In this document: positions 36,912 to 46,894 of the stretch, in pieces
Layout of the letters: every line of letters begins with the position of its first letter
How positions within the stretch are numbered: position 1 is the stretch's first letter
From: Minisyncoccota bacterium
Lineage (GTDB): Bacteria > Patescibacteriota > Minisyncoccia > Phycocordibacterales > PALSA-1337
DNA: 64,000 nucleotides
Assembly (NCBI GenBank): GCA_041666915.1
Contig: JBAYFZ010000001.1
Location: 201,086-265,085 of the forward strand
Direction: 5' to 3'
Translations under genes and position numbers: made by a program
Notes under the pieces: model-generated
Told to the model about the DNA's origin: nothing
What the model saw: the letters and a program-made list of their open reading frames with translations, nothing else
The model's database searches: none

Positions 36912-37775
36912 CTACTTTATCTCACGATAAAAGACATTAGATCCATACCTAATATCTATATACTCCATATTAATATTCTTGGTCACCACCATACGATTCC
37001 AGAAAGAAATGAGATTTGAGAGTTGGTCTTTCAGTGGACGAAATCCATTAAAATAAACAACCGTGTCATTTGCATACATCTCATATTCACCATTATCTTT
37101 AACGAGGATAGCGAGTACTTTTATACCAGCATTACGTGCTCCATTATAAAAATCTTGCAAAAGAGAAAATTTGAGAGAAGAAGTAGCATATAAACCAATA
37201 ACAGAATCGCTGGATGTGGCAATTTCTGATAGAGCTGGAATAAAATAACGATTGTAAACTAAACTCGAAGAAGATACTTTATCAAAAATATAACCAGACC
37301 AATCTGCCAGATAACAATCATCAGTTTCATTCAAATAAAATGTCTCGTCAGAAAAATCAGGTAATCCAGCACAAACAATAGCTGAAGGATTCTTTTCTAT
37401 AACATCAATCTTTAATCCCTGAAAACCGTCACGACTTATCGTCAATGATTTTACGCTTGGCAAAACTTTTTCTATTGAAGAAACAACTTTATTATGCGGG
37501 TATATAAAAATATTTGATTTAGAAAACAATCCCATATATGAACCCTGCAATGAATCCTTGGCCAAAGCTTGTAGAGGTACAGAAATATTGATATTGGCAC
37601 TATTTACTCTTATATCTTTAATAGTAAAAACATTCAGATAACTCAAACCCGAGAAACAATACAGCCATAAAGCTATACAAAAAATGGAGAGGGCGATCTC
37701 AATAGTAACGCGAGCATTCTTGCGTTCAATAAACTTTTTTGATTGATAGGAAGTAAGACGACTGTGAGGACGCAT
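36912..37775 (-). CDS. FtsQ/DivIB-like cell-division protein (TM plus POTRA-like domain)
   Basis: It has a cytoplasmic N-terminus, a TM (IALSIFCIALWLYCF) and VFTIKDIRVNSANINI, a POTRA-like start. The assignment is weak. Confidence 0.35.
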   Translation of the reverse strand: MRPHSRLTSYQSKKFIERKNARVTIEIALSIFCIALWLYCFSGLSYLNVFTIKDIRVNSANINISVPLQALAKDSLQGSYMGLFSKSNIFIYPHNKVVSSIEKVLPSVKSLTISRDGFQGLKIDVIEKNPSAIVCAGLPDFSDETFYLNETDDCYLADWSGYIFDKVSSSSLVYNRYFIPALSEIATSSDSVIGLYATSSLKFSLLQDFYNGARNAGIKVLAILVKDNGEYEMYANDTVVYFNGFRPLKDQLSNLISFWNRMVVTKNINMEYIDIRYGSNVFYREIK

Positions 37776-37823
37776 GAAGTAATAATAACACAGTAATTTG
37801 TGTCACCTGTCATGCTTTTTGTT

Positions 37824-37942
37824 GTCATTCCCGCGAAGGCGGGAATCCAGGATTATTACGAGCGGAGAGTCTGTTAAATTATTTTAAAATATATGCTATT
37901 TATTGTGGTTATATCCTGGATTCCCGCCTTCGCGGGAATGAC
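37824..37942. repeat. Inverted-repeat element, copy 4
   Basis: Canonical TIRs flank an AT-rich spacer. It ends 7 bp before the serS stop. Confidence 0.85.
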
Positions 37943-37949
37943 AGCGCAG

Positions 37950-39236
37950 TTATTCTAATCTGATTGAATCTTTCCCAAAATACTTGACCAAGACTTCTGG
38001 AATCTTGATACTACCGTCAGCTTGTTGATAATTTTCTACGAGAGAAACGAGAATACGAGGCGTAGGAATAGCAGTTGAATTTAATGAATGTGCATAACGC
38101 ATAACACCTTCTGTGTCACGGTACTTTATATTGAGTCTGCGAGTCTGAAAATCGTGGAAATATGAAGCTGAACCAATTTCGCGATACTTTTGTTCTTTTG
38201 GAACCCAAAGTTCAACATCGTATTTCTTAACCTGACCTTGACCAAGATCACCACCGCAATTGACTACAGTATGATAAGGAATATTCAAAGATTCAATGAA
38301 TTCTTCAATATTTCTATTGACCTCTTCATGATGCTTGACTGATGTCTCATGGTTGGCTTCACAGATGATAACTTGTTCAAACTTATAAAATTCCTGAACT
38401 CTAATAAGTCCCCGAACATCTTTGCCGTGCGCACCAGCTTCGCGACGATAACAAGGAGAAAATCCCAAATATTTTTTTGGAAGTTCACTTGCAGTAAAAA
38501 CTTCGTCACTATGAAAACCCATGATAGGAACTTCAGCTGTACCAGCTAGATAGTCACCATCTTGAGTCTTGTAAAGATCTTCTTCGCCTTGTGGCAAATA
38601 TCCTGAACCGAGAAAATTGAGCTTACGCAAGACAATAGGAGGAATGATCGGATTAAATCCTTTTTTACTAAAAAATTCCAAGGCATAATTCCAAATAGCA
38701 AAAGATAATCTTGCACCATCACCCATGAGAAAATATCCACGAAAACCGTGAACTTTTGCTCCCCTATCAAAATCAACCATCTTCAAATTTGTCATAAGGT
38801 CAACATGATCCTTTGGTTCAAAAGGAAATTTTGGACATTCACCCCAAGTCTTGATCTCTTTGTTATCAGCATCACTATCTCCTTCTGGTACAGACATATC
38901 GGGAATATTTGGAACACGAAGCATAGCAGATTGCCAATCCTTCATAACTTCTTTCAAAGCCTCTTCATCTTTTTCCATAGCAGTCTTTACAATCTTCATC
39001 TCATCAATGAGTTTTTGTCTTTCTTCTGGAGATTTTGCACTAGCAATCTTTTCGCTAGCGGAATTTTGCTCGGCACGACGCTTTTCCGTAGAACCCATGA
39101 GTAAACGACGTTTGTCATCTAGAGCAATAAGTTCTTCAACTACAAAATTGAGATGCTTCTTTTTTGCAGCTGCAGTTATAAGCTCTTTGTTCTCACGTAT
39201 AAATTTGATGTCTAACATAATAATTAAGTCTAACAT
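37950..39236 (-). CDS. serS: Seryl-tRNA synthetase; likely start MLDIKFIREN
   Basis: An N-terminal coiled-coil arm is present. Class II motif 2 is FRREAGAHGKDVRGLIRVQEF. Motif 3 lies near the C-terminus. Confidence 0.9.
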   Translation of the reverse strand: MLDLIIMLDIKFIRENKELITAAAKKKHLNFVVEELIALDDKRRLLMGSTEKRRAEQNSASEKIASAKSPEERQKLIDEMKIVKTAMEKDEEALKEVMKDWQSAMLRVPNIPDMSVPEGDSDADNKEIKTWGECPKFPFEPKDHVDLMTNLKMVDFDRGAKVHGFRGYFLMGDGARLSFAIWNYALEFFSKKGFNPIIPPIVLRKLNFLGSGYLPQGEEDLYKTQDGDYLAGTAEVPIMGFHSDEVFTASELPKKYLGFSPCYRREAGAHGKDVRGLIRVQEFYKFEQVIICEANHETSVKHHEEVNRNIEEFIESLNIPYHTVVNCGGDLGQGQVKKYDVELWVPKEQKYREIGSASYFHDFQTRRLNIKYRDTEGVMRYAHSLNSTAIPTPRILVSLVENYQQADGSIKIPEVLVKYFGKDSIRLE

Positions 39237-39278
39237 AATGAGGTCAGACCTAACAAATAGCGATATCCAACCTAGCTA

Positions 39279-39336
39279 AATTTCTTCATTATTTCTTTAA
39301 CCTTTCTTCATCAGGATTTTAACTCATATGTGTATG
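39279..39336 (+). repeat. Promoter-like repeat, copy B, 38 bp upstream of dprA
   Basis: It is identical in core to copies A and C, including the downstream TATGTGTATG. Confidence 0.5.
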
Positions 39337-39373
39337 CTTATCTGTATTATTTCTAACCACAGGACCAATCGTC

Positions 39374-40447
39374 ATGCAAACTATCCGCATTACAAAAGAA
39401 CAATTCCCTTATCTCTTGAGACAAATTGAAAAGCCACCCGAATATTTGGATTGCGCTGGAGCTTTACCACCCGGTGAAGAATATCGATACCTTTGTGTTA
39501 TAGGTTCTAGAGAATTTAGTGAATATGGTGCAGAGGTTTGCAGACATTTAATAAATGGTTTGAAAAATTACCCCATAGTCATAGTCTCTGGTATGGCCAT
39601 AGGAATAGACTCTATTGCTCACGTATCAGCTCTAGATGCTGGGATGAAAACTATAGCTTTCCCTGGTTCAGGCCTTTCAAAAAATGTTATTTCTCCAAAT
39701 AGACATATCGCTCTTGCAAATAGGATTATAGAAACTGGTAATACCCTGCTCTCACCTTTCAAAAAAGATCAGACTGGAACAATATGGACTTTTCCTGTCC
39801 GTAATCAACTAATGGCGGGATCTTCACATGCCACTCTTATAATAGAAGGGCGTGAAGGCTCTGGAACACTCCTTACCGCTAATTATGCTCTAGAATTCAG
39901 CCGTGAAGTCCTCATTGTACCCGGTTCTATATTCTCAGATCTTTCCTATGGTCCACATAAGTTATACAAGGAAGGCGCTATTCCCGTAACTTCGTCAGAA
40001 GAAATTTTGGAAGCTTTGAAATTTGAGCTTCCAGAGAAACCGCAAAAGATTGAATTCAACAAAAAAGTAAATACGGGAGTAAATGCTGGAATAATTTTTG
40101 ACAAAGATACTATTAGTTGCAAGATTCCAGTTGACACTTATTATTCACCAGAAAATGAATATTTTTATCAAACAAAATATGAAGTAGGAAGCGAGGAAAA
40201 AGATGCGGAAGAGAATGCGACAGTTTCTAATCCAATCTCCCAACCAAATCTTTCTTCTAAAGCTTTTGAAGGGCTTTTCAAGGAGGAAATGCTTGTGATT
40301 AAGATTCTTCAATATGCACCGTGTTCAGGTTCTGATCTTGTCCAAAAGACTTCATTTAATGTGAGCCAGCTAAATATTATTTTATCAGAGCTTGAGTTAA
40401 AGGGGTTAATTAAACAAAACGGGGAGTTTTATTCAATAAGGAGATAA
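39374..40447 (+). CDS. dprA: DNA-processing protein A (Smf), with a C-terminal winged helix
   Basis: GSREFSEYGAEV...IVSGMAIGIDSIAHVSALDAG matches the DprA Rossmann signature. Confidence 0.85.
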   Translation: MQTIRITKEQFPYLLRQIEKPPEYLDCAGALPPGEEYRYLCVIGSREFSEYGAEVCRHLINGLKNYPIVIVSGMAIGIDSIAHVSALDAGMKTIAFPGSGLSKNVISPNRHIALANRIIETGNTLLSPFKKDQTGTIWTFPVRNQLMAGSSHATLIIEGREGSGTLLTANYALEFSREVLIVPGSIFSDLSYGPHKLYKEGAIPVTSSEEILEALKFELPEKPQKIEFNKKVNTGVNAGIIFDKDTISCKIPVDTYYSPENEYFYQTKYEVGSEEKDAEENATVSNPISQPNLSSKAFEGLFKEEMLVIKILQYAPCSGSDLVQKTSFNVSQLNIILSELELKGLIKQNGEFYSIRR

Positions 40448-40480
40448 AATTTTGCAAAATAATATTATCATGCAATACTT

Positions 40481-42847
40481 ATGACACACATGAAATTACT
40501 CATTGTGGAATCCCCTTCAAAATCAAAGACCATCTCCAAATATCTTGGGGACTGTTTTGTTGTCCGTGCTTCAGTAGGACATGTTAGAGATCTACCAAAA
40601 TCTAGCAAAAAAGCTATAGATATAGAAGGTGGTTTCATTCCTCATTATGAAGTTGTAGCAAAAAAAGAAGATGTCATCGCCGACATCACCATGCAAGCCG
40701 AAAAAGCCAATGAGATCATACTCGCAACCGACCCCGACCGTGAAGGAGAAGCTATTGCTTGGCACATAGCTGAAGTCTTGAAAGACCGCCTAGGTGCAAA
40801 AATAGCAAAGAAAATGAGTCGTGTCACCTATCATGAAATCACAAAAGAAGCCGTCCTAGAGGCCCTAGAACACCCAAGAGAGATAGATCAGCACCTTCGT
40901 GAGGCTCAGGAGGCTCGTCGTGTCCTAGATCGTATTGTAGGTTACGACCTATCTGGTCTCGTCTGGAAAAAAGTTCGCTACGGACTTTCTGCTGGTCGTG
41001 TCCAATCCCCAGCTCTACGTATCATAATGGAACGCGAACGTGAGATTCGTGCTTTCAAACCAGAAACATATTGGGCTATAGCCGGACAATGGAAAACTCC
41101 TATTGGAGAAAAACTTTCTTTGACTTGCGTAGAAGAACCACGTGACAAAAAACAAGTTGACACCATCCTAGAAACTGCCAAAAAAGAAAAATGGCATATC
41201 GTAGATATAGAAGAATCTGAACAAAAGAGATCTCCTCGTGCCCCATTCATCACTTCTACTCTCCAACAAGCCGCCAGTTCACGCCTAGGATTTTCTCCTT
41301 CTAGAACTATGGGTATTGCCCAGAAACTTTATGAGTCTGGTTACATTACTTATATGCGTACAGATTCTACAAACCTAGGTAAACAAGCCTTGGAGCAAAT
41401 AGGTAAAGTTGTAGAAAAACAATACGGTAAAGACTATCTCTCATTCCGTACTTACAATGCAAAGAGTAAGAATGCCCAAGAAGCTCACGAAGCTATCCGT
41501 CCTTCTCATTTTGATAAAGAAAATGCTGGCCACAATGACGAGCAAAAGAAACTTTATCGTCTCATCTGGCAAAGAGCCGTCTCCTCACAGATGGCGGATG
41601 CTCGCATGGCACGAACAAAAATAATTGCAAATGTAAATGTTGGCACAATACCAAATTTTGAAGCCAATGGTTCAAGAGTTTTGTTTGATGGCTGGCTCAA
41701 AGCTGATCCAGAATCAAATGGTGAAGAAACGACCTTACCAAAATGTAGTAAAGATGAAAATCTAGATCTCATCTCTATAGATTCAGAAGAAAAACAGACC
41801 CAGCCACCTCCTAGATACACCGAAGCTGGCCTTATCAAAGAATTGGAAAAGCGAGGTATCGGTCGCCCCTCTACTTACGCTTCTATTTGTAAGACCATAG
41901 AAGACCGTGGTTATGTTTCCAAAGAAAATAAAGCTTTGAGACCAACCGATACTGGTGATGTTGTCTCATCATTCTTGGAAGAATATTTCCCTTCTTATAT
42001 TAGCGATTCGTTCACAGCTGAAATGGAAGATCATCTGGATGAGATTGCAAATGGAACCAGAACCTATGAAAAAACTCTTTCTGATTTCTACAAACCATTC
42101 CACAAAGAAGTTTTGTCAAAAGAAAAATTAGCAAAAGCAACCAACCTCGGTCTTTCAGATCCAAAATTCAAATGTCCAAAATGTGGTACATCACCTATGG
42201 AGATAAAATTAGGTAAGAATGGCAAATTCTTGTCTTGTACACGCTATCCAGATTGCGAGGGTGCTCTCACCTTAGATGGTACCGAATTCAAAAGTGACAC
42301 ACCTATCGGCAATGATCCTACGACCGGTTTACCTATTTACGTATTGAATGGCAGATTTGGTCCTTATGTTCAACTTGGTGCAAGGTTACCTAAAGTTAAG
42401 AAAACTAAAAAACCAAGAGTAAAGAAAATCAAAAAAGATAAATCTTCTTCAGAAGCAAAATCACCCGCAAATGATTCGTCTGCAATCTCGACTGAAACTG
42501 AAGTAACCAAGACTCCAGCCGAAATAATTAAGCCTACCGAAGAAGCACCTGCACCAGTAGCACCAAAACCAAAGATGGCTTCTATTCCAAAATACATGGA
42601 TCCTTCCAAGGTCACGGTTGCTGACGCTCTTAAATTTTTGAGTCTACCTAGAACTCTCGGCATAGATCCAAAAACAGGCAAAGATGTTGTAGCTTCGGCT
42701 GGACGTTTTGGTCCTTATATAGTTTCTGATGGCAATTACAGAACAATCAAAACTCCTGATATTGTTTACGATATTACCTTGGAGAGAGCATTGGAGATGC
42801 TTGCGGTACCAAAGATGGTGAGAGGAAAAAGGAAAATTACTAATTAA
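40481..42847 (+). CDS. topA: DNA topoisomerase I with a Lys-rich linker and C-terminal GRFGPY repeats; likely start MKLLIVESPSK at 40490
   Basis: The Toprim motif LLIVESPSKSKTISKYLG, a catalytic Tyr region, Zn-ribbon Cys pairs and GRFGPY repeats are all present. Confidence 0.9.
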   Translation: MTHMKLLIVESPSKSKTISKYLGDCFVVRASVGHVRDLPKSSKKAIDIEGGFIPHYEVVAKKEDVIADITMQAEKANEIILATDPDREGEAIAWHIAEVLKDRLGAKIAKKMSRVTYHEITKEAVLEALEHPREIDQHLREAQEARRVLDRIVGYDLSGLVWKKVRYGLSAGRVQSPALRIIMEREREIRAFKPETYWAIAGQWKTPIGEKLSLTCVEEPRDKKQVDTILETAKKEKWHIVDIEESEQKRSPRAPFITSTLQQAASSRLGFSPSRTMGIAQKLYESGYITYMRTDSTNLGKQALEQIGKVVEKQYGKDYLSFRTYNAKSKNAQEAHEAIRPSHFDKENAGHNDEQKKLYRLIWQRAVSSQMADARMARTKIIANVNVGTIPNFEANGSRVLFDGWLKADPESNGEETTLPKCSKDENLDLISIDSEEKQTQPPPRYTEAGLIKELEKRGIGRPSTYASICKTIEDRGYVSKENKALRPTDTGDVVSSFLEEYFPSYISDSFTAEMEDHLDEIANGTRTYEKTLSDFYKPFHKEVLSKEKLAKATNLGLSDPKFKCPKCGTSPMEIKLGKNGKFLSCTRYPDCEGALTLDGTEFKSDTPIGNDPTTGLPIYVLNGRFGPYVQLGARLPKVKKTKKPRVKKIKKDKSSSEAKSPANDSSAISTETEVTKTPAEIIKPTEEAPAPVAPKPKMASIPKYMDPSKVTVADALKFLSLPRTLGIDPKTGKDVVASAGRFGPYIVSDGNYRTIKTPDIVYDITLERALEMLAVPKMVRGKRKITN

Positions 42848-42856
42848 ATTACTGTT

Positions 42857-42990
42857 GTCATTCCCACGCCTCCTGTGTCATTCCCGCGAAGGCGGGAATC
42901 CATGTTTACCACAAACGGTCTCGTATTATCTTCAAATACTAAAAACATTATCTCGTAATAATCCTGGATTCCCGCCTTCGCGGGAATGAC
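42857..42990. repeat. Inverted-repeat element, copy 5, with an extra truncated TIR fragment (GTCATTCCCACGCC) at its left end
   Basis: Read directly. It lies between convergent topA and parB, and the parB stop is at 42998. Confidence 0.85.
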
Positions 42991-42997
42991 ACAGCGA

Positions 42998-43972
42998 TTA
43001 AACCGAGAAATTTTTCAGTGAGTAAAGTTCTTCATTATCCTCTTTCTCAATCTCTTTTGCTGACCTATCATCCATAGGAATAACTGAATCCGTTGTTTCT
43101 GTCTTCGCAAGTTGACTAAATTTACCTGATTCTGATTTTATAAGTTTCTCCAATAGTCCACGTAGATCATCTGGACTAAAGAAATCAATCGTAACAGTAC
43201 CACCAGCCTTATTATTCTTTTCAATACGCACACGTGTACCCAAAGACTCGGTAAAATTCTTCTCCATTTCAATAATCTGTGGATCCAAATATTTTTCTTT
43301 GTTGCGAATCTTGTCTGTAGCAACTCTTCTAGACATAGATTCAGCTTCACGGACCGTGAGCTTATTTGCCATTATTTCTTTGAACAAAACTAGCTGTTCT
43401 TCTGGCCTATCAGCAAGCATGAGCAATGGACGAGTGTGACCTTCAGAAATCCTACCTTCTTCAAGAGCGGTGATCATCTCATCTGGCAATAACAAAATAC
43501 GCATTGAGTTGGAAACATATTCACGGCTCTTGCCCACTTTGTCTGCAATCTGAGCTTGCTTGAGTTTGAATTCTTTTGCCAAACGTTCAAAAGATCTAGC
43601 GCGGTCTACAGGATTAAGGTCTTCCCTTTGGAGATTTTCAATGATAGCCATCTCCAATTTTAGCTGAGGGTCTTCTTCACCACTTCGGATAAGTACTGGC
43701 ACCGAAGCCAATCCTGCCAACTTGGAGGCTCTCAAACGACGTTCCCCTGAAATAAGTTCATATTCTACGGTCATTCCGCCAGTTTCGTGGAAAACTTCCT
43801 TTCTGGTGACAACCAATGGTTGCAAAACACCGTACATGCGGATAGATTCTGATAAAGCTTTAAGAGCGACTTCGTCGAATTCGCGTCTTGGTTGATAAGG
43901 ATTGGGACTGATCTTCTCTACTTCAACCCAGAAGATCGCATCGCTAACATAAGGTGTTGCCATGTATGACAT
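42998..43972 (-). CDS. parB: ParB/Spo0J chromosome partitioning protein
   Basis: The ParB box is KISPNPYQPRREFD...LQPLVV. The GERRLRA motif and a C-terminal dimerisation domain are present. Confidence 0.85.
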   Translation of the reverse strand: MSYMATPYVSDAIFWVEVEKISPNPYQPRREFDEVALKALSESIRMYGVLQPLVVTRKEVFHETGGMTVEYELISGERRLRASKLAGLASVPVLIRSGEEDPQLKLEMAIIENLQREDLNPVDRARSFERLAKEFKLKQAQIADKVGKSREYVSNSMRILLLPDEMITALEEGRISEGHTRPLLMLADRPEEQLVLFKEIMANKLTVREAESMSRRVATDKIRNKEKYLDPQIIEMEKNFTESLGTRVRIEKNNKAGGTVTIDFFSPDDLRGLLEKLIKSESGKFSQLAKTETTDSVIPMDDRSAKEIEKEDNEELYSLKNFSV

Positions 43973-44031
43973 TGTAACACCTTTGATTTATTTCTAAAAT
44001 ACTATAAACTGGTTCATGGTGGTATTTATAT

Positions 44032-44113
44032 GCCGGAGTGGCGAAATTGGTCTACGCGCACGACTCAAAATCGTGTGGAGAAATCCATGTGGGTTCGAGT
44101 CCCACCTCCGGCA
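44032..44113 (+). tRNA. tRNA-Leu (anticodon CAA), type II with a long variable arm
   Basis: Hand-folded: acceptor GCCGGAG/CUCCGGC, anticodon stem CACGA/UCGUG with loop CUCAAAA, variable arm UGGAGAAAUCCAU, and T arm GUGGG-UUCGAGU-CCCAC. A36A37A38 is present. Confidence 0.8.
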
Positions 44114-44121
44114 CCGTAATT

Positions 44122-44775
44122 ATGCAGTATATCCATATCAAAAAATGGGTGCCTGATTTGGCATACGTTGTCGGTCTTTTGGTAACTGATGGTTGCCTTT
44201 CTTCTGATGGACGTCATGTAATCTTCACTTCAAAAGATATTGAGGCTGTAAACAATGTCCTCAAAATTCTTGGTGCCACAAATTCAGTTGGTAAGACGAT
44301 AAACGAGAGATCTGAAGCGTATCGTATTCAAATTGGAAGCATTGAACTTTATCGCTGGTTAGAAAGTATAGGATTAACACCTCACAAATCTCTAACTATA
44401 GAATCAATCAAAGTACCAGATGAATACTTCATAGATTTTCTAAGAGGACACCTAGATGGAGATGGTTCAATCACAACTTACTTGGATAAATATAATACAA
44501 AGAAAAATAAAAAATATGTATATCAAAGACTTTGGGTACGATTTATTTCAGGAAGTCAAAAACATATAATATGGTTACGTAAACAAATTACAAAGATTAT
44601 TGGTGTCAAAGATCGTATACATATAACAAAACCTAATAATATTGGTAACTCAATTTATGTGATAAAGTTTGGAAAGAAAGAATCAATAAAATTACTTAGT
44701 AAGATATACTATTCCAATACATTACCCTGTCTGACAAGAAAACGAACAATTTACAAGAAATTTAAAAATTCATGA
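44122..44775 (+). mobile_element. Free-standing double-motif LAGLIDADG homing endonuclease
   Basis: The two LAGLIDADG motifs are YVVGLLVTDGCLSSDG and FIDFLRGHLDGDGSI. The ORF-track start at 44038 would read through the tRNA, so the start is taken as ATG 44122. The stop overlaps the miaA start (ATGA). Confidence 0.7.
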
Positions 44776-45641
44776 AAACCAAACTGATTGTAATCCTAGG
44801 TCCTACAGCATCCGGCAAAAGTAACCTTGCTGTACAAATAGCCAAAAAAATTGGTGGCGAAGTTATTTCTGCTGATTCTAGACAAGTTTATAAAGGTTTA
44901 AATATTGGAACAGGTAAAATTACTAGTGTTGAAATGCAAGGAATTCCTCATCACCTTTTGGACGTTGCCGACCCAAAAGAAACTTTTACTGTAGCTGATT
45001 ACGTAAAATTGGCAGAAAAAGCCATCGCAGATATTACAAAGAGAAACAAAATTCCAATAATTTGTGGTGGAACTGGTTTTTATATTCAAGCTCTAGTTGA
45101 TGGCTTATCTATACCCGAAGTACCTCCAAATGAAGAATTAAGAAAGGGACTTTCAACAAAAACTATCTCTGAATTAAATAAAATCTTAGAGAGACTTGAC
45201 CCTGCAAGATTTGAAACTATTGATAAAGATAATCCTCGTAGACTTATCCGAGCTATAGAGATAGCTACAGCACTAGGTAGTGTTCCTCTTCTAGAAAAAA
45301 CATATAAATATGATACCAGATTCATAGGGATTGATATGCCGATGGATATATTGAAAGAAAGAATTCACAAAAGGTTACTTAGTCGTATCAAAAATGGAAT
45401 GATAGAAGAGATTCGCAATCTTCATGACAACGGGCTTTCGTGGGAAAGAATGGAGGATCTTGGTTTGGAATACAGATATGTTTCAAGACATCTCCAAGGA
45501 ATGATTACAGAAAAAGAAATGCTGGAACAACTGGAAATGGAAATTTGCCATTATGCCAAAAGACAAATGACGTGGTTTAAGAGAGATAAGAAGATTGAGT
45601 GGTACAAGAGTGGTGAAGAGGCGCTATTGGCTTTCAAGTAA
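44772..45641 (+). CDS. miaA: tRNA dimethylallyltransferase
   Basis: The P-loop is IVILGPTASGKSNLAV, followed by SADSRQVYKGLNIGTGK. Confidence 0.9.
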   Translation: MKTKLIVILGPTASGKSNLAVQIAKKIGGEVISADSRQVYKGLNIGTGKITSVEMQGIPHHLLDVADPKETFTVADYVKLAEKAIADITKRNKIPIICGGTGFYIQALVDGLSIPEVPPNEELRKGLSTKTISELNKILERLDPARFETIDKDNPRRLIRAIEIATALGSVPLLEKTYKYDTRFIGIDMPMDILKERIHKRLLSRIKNGMIEEIRNLHDNGLSWERMEDLGLEYRYVSRHLQGMITEKEMLEQLEMEICHYAKRQMTWFKRDKKIEWYKSGEEALLAFK

Positions 45642-45693
45642 ACAAAAAAGAGGAGCCGAAACTCCTCTTGTGATTCAAACGATCTAATAATTT

Positions 45694-46326
45694 TCAACCT
45701 TCTTCTGGTGTCTTTTTTGGGTCTTCTGTGTTTAGACAATAGATTACCCAGAATATCATACCCACCACCATAGCAATCATGTAGACGATAAACAATATTG
45801 GTATGTATGCAGTACCAAGAAACAATGCTGTGAAGACGCTCATTGTCAGATCTAGGACAATCACTGTTCCTAATGGTCCAATATTATTTGTAGACCATCC
45901 AGAATCTTCTTTTTCGGCAAAGTAATAACTGGTCCCAATAAAACCAAGAGTAAAAAACCAACCGGGAATAAGAAATATATCCCACAGACGACTCACGGCA
46001 AAAGGTAATTCAATATCCCACCAAATCAATTCCAAAATTGAAACTGATGGGGCACTGCCATTGATTTGAACGTACAAAACCCACCCCAAAGCGTAAACAA
46101 AAGCGAAGAAGATGATCAGGCAAGTCCTAAGACAAATCATATCGCCATAGTCATCTTTACATAACCATCGCACAATCTTCACCAATCTACCCTTAATCGA
46201 CTGCCATTTTCTTTTCAATTTTTCTCTCATAAGACTCTCCTCGTATTTTATTTGTTTTTCTTGAAAGTACGAATGCACTTTCTCTGCAGTCATATAACAC
46301 CTAAAAGAGGGTTTGGTCAAGACCAT
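45694..46326 (-). CDS. Hypothetical multi-pass membrane protein
   Basis: It has four predicted TM segments and no family motif. Confidence 0.4.
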   Translation of the reverse strand: MVLTKPSFRCYMTAEKVHSYFQEKQIKYEESLMREKLKRKWQSIKGRLVKIVRWLCKDDYGDMICLRTCLIIFFAFVYALGWVLYVQINGSAPSVSILELIWWDIELPFAVSRLWDIFLIPGWFFTLGFIGTSYYFAEKEDSGWSTNNIGPLGTVIVLDLTMSVFTALFLGTAYIPILFIVYMIAMVVGMIFWVIYCLNTEDPKKTPEEG

Positions 46327-46332
46327 CAGATT

Positions 46333-46719
46333 CTATTGGTCAAAATCCATTTGCTCCTTTGGAATACCTTTTAATATTCCATAATCTACCACCTCCTTTA
46401 TTTTATCTTTTTCGTTTCGCTTAAATTGAAAAACCTTTCCATATTCTCCATCATCAGCACCAAAAGCTACTATAAGCTCATTCTTATCATCTTCTTTATA
46501 CCCATCCATATACCAAGGAATATTTGAGTCGTCATAATGTTTAACCATTAACTTTTGCATCTCTCCAACTTGCTCTAATGTGACTGAGACTTCATCAATA
46601 CTTATCCAAACATCTCTTTCTAAATTTTCTATAATTTTAGCTCCGAGCTTGTCCAAAACACTTTGGTCAACAAAAGCTCCCCTGACTACTCTCATTTTGT
46701 ATTTAGTTTCTAATTTCAT
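46333..46719 (-). CDS. Hypothetical protein (128 aa)
   Basis: ORF only. Confidence 0.35.
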   Translation of the reverse strand: MKLETKYKMRVVRGAFVDQSVLDKLGAKIIENLERDVWISIDEVSVTLEQVGEMQKLMVKHYDDSNIPWYMDGYKEDDKNELIVAFGADDGEYGKVFQFKRNEKDKIKEVVDYGILKGIPKEQMDFDQ

Positions 46720-46813
46720 ATCCCCAAAATTACATTGATAAATTCAATCTTTTATACAAGTCCTAATATCTCTAACTCTATCTAAAAGTAATCCCATACA
46801 GATCAACAAAATT

Positions 46814-46887
46814 TGGCGGGCCCACCAGGACTCGAACCTGGAACCTCGCTTTTGGAGAGCGATGCTTTACCATTAAACTATAGGCCC
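46814..46887 (-). tRNA. tRNA-Trp (anticodon CCA), CCA end encoded
   Basis: Hand-folded from the reverse complement: acceptor GGGCCUA/UGGGCCC, anticodon stem UCGCU/AGCGA with loop CUCCAAA, and T arm CCAGG-UUCGAGU-CCUGG. Confidence 0.75.
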
Positions 46888-46894
46888 CAACACC

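Noticed and set aside
44038-44121. ORF-track start of the LAGLIDADG gene at 44038
   Set aside because: The 5' extension reads through the tRNA-Leu gene body, and the translation MAKLVYAHDSKSCGEIHVGSSPTSGTV comes from tRNA sequence. The in-frame ATG at 44122 just past the tRNA is the credible start.
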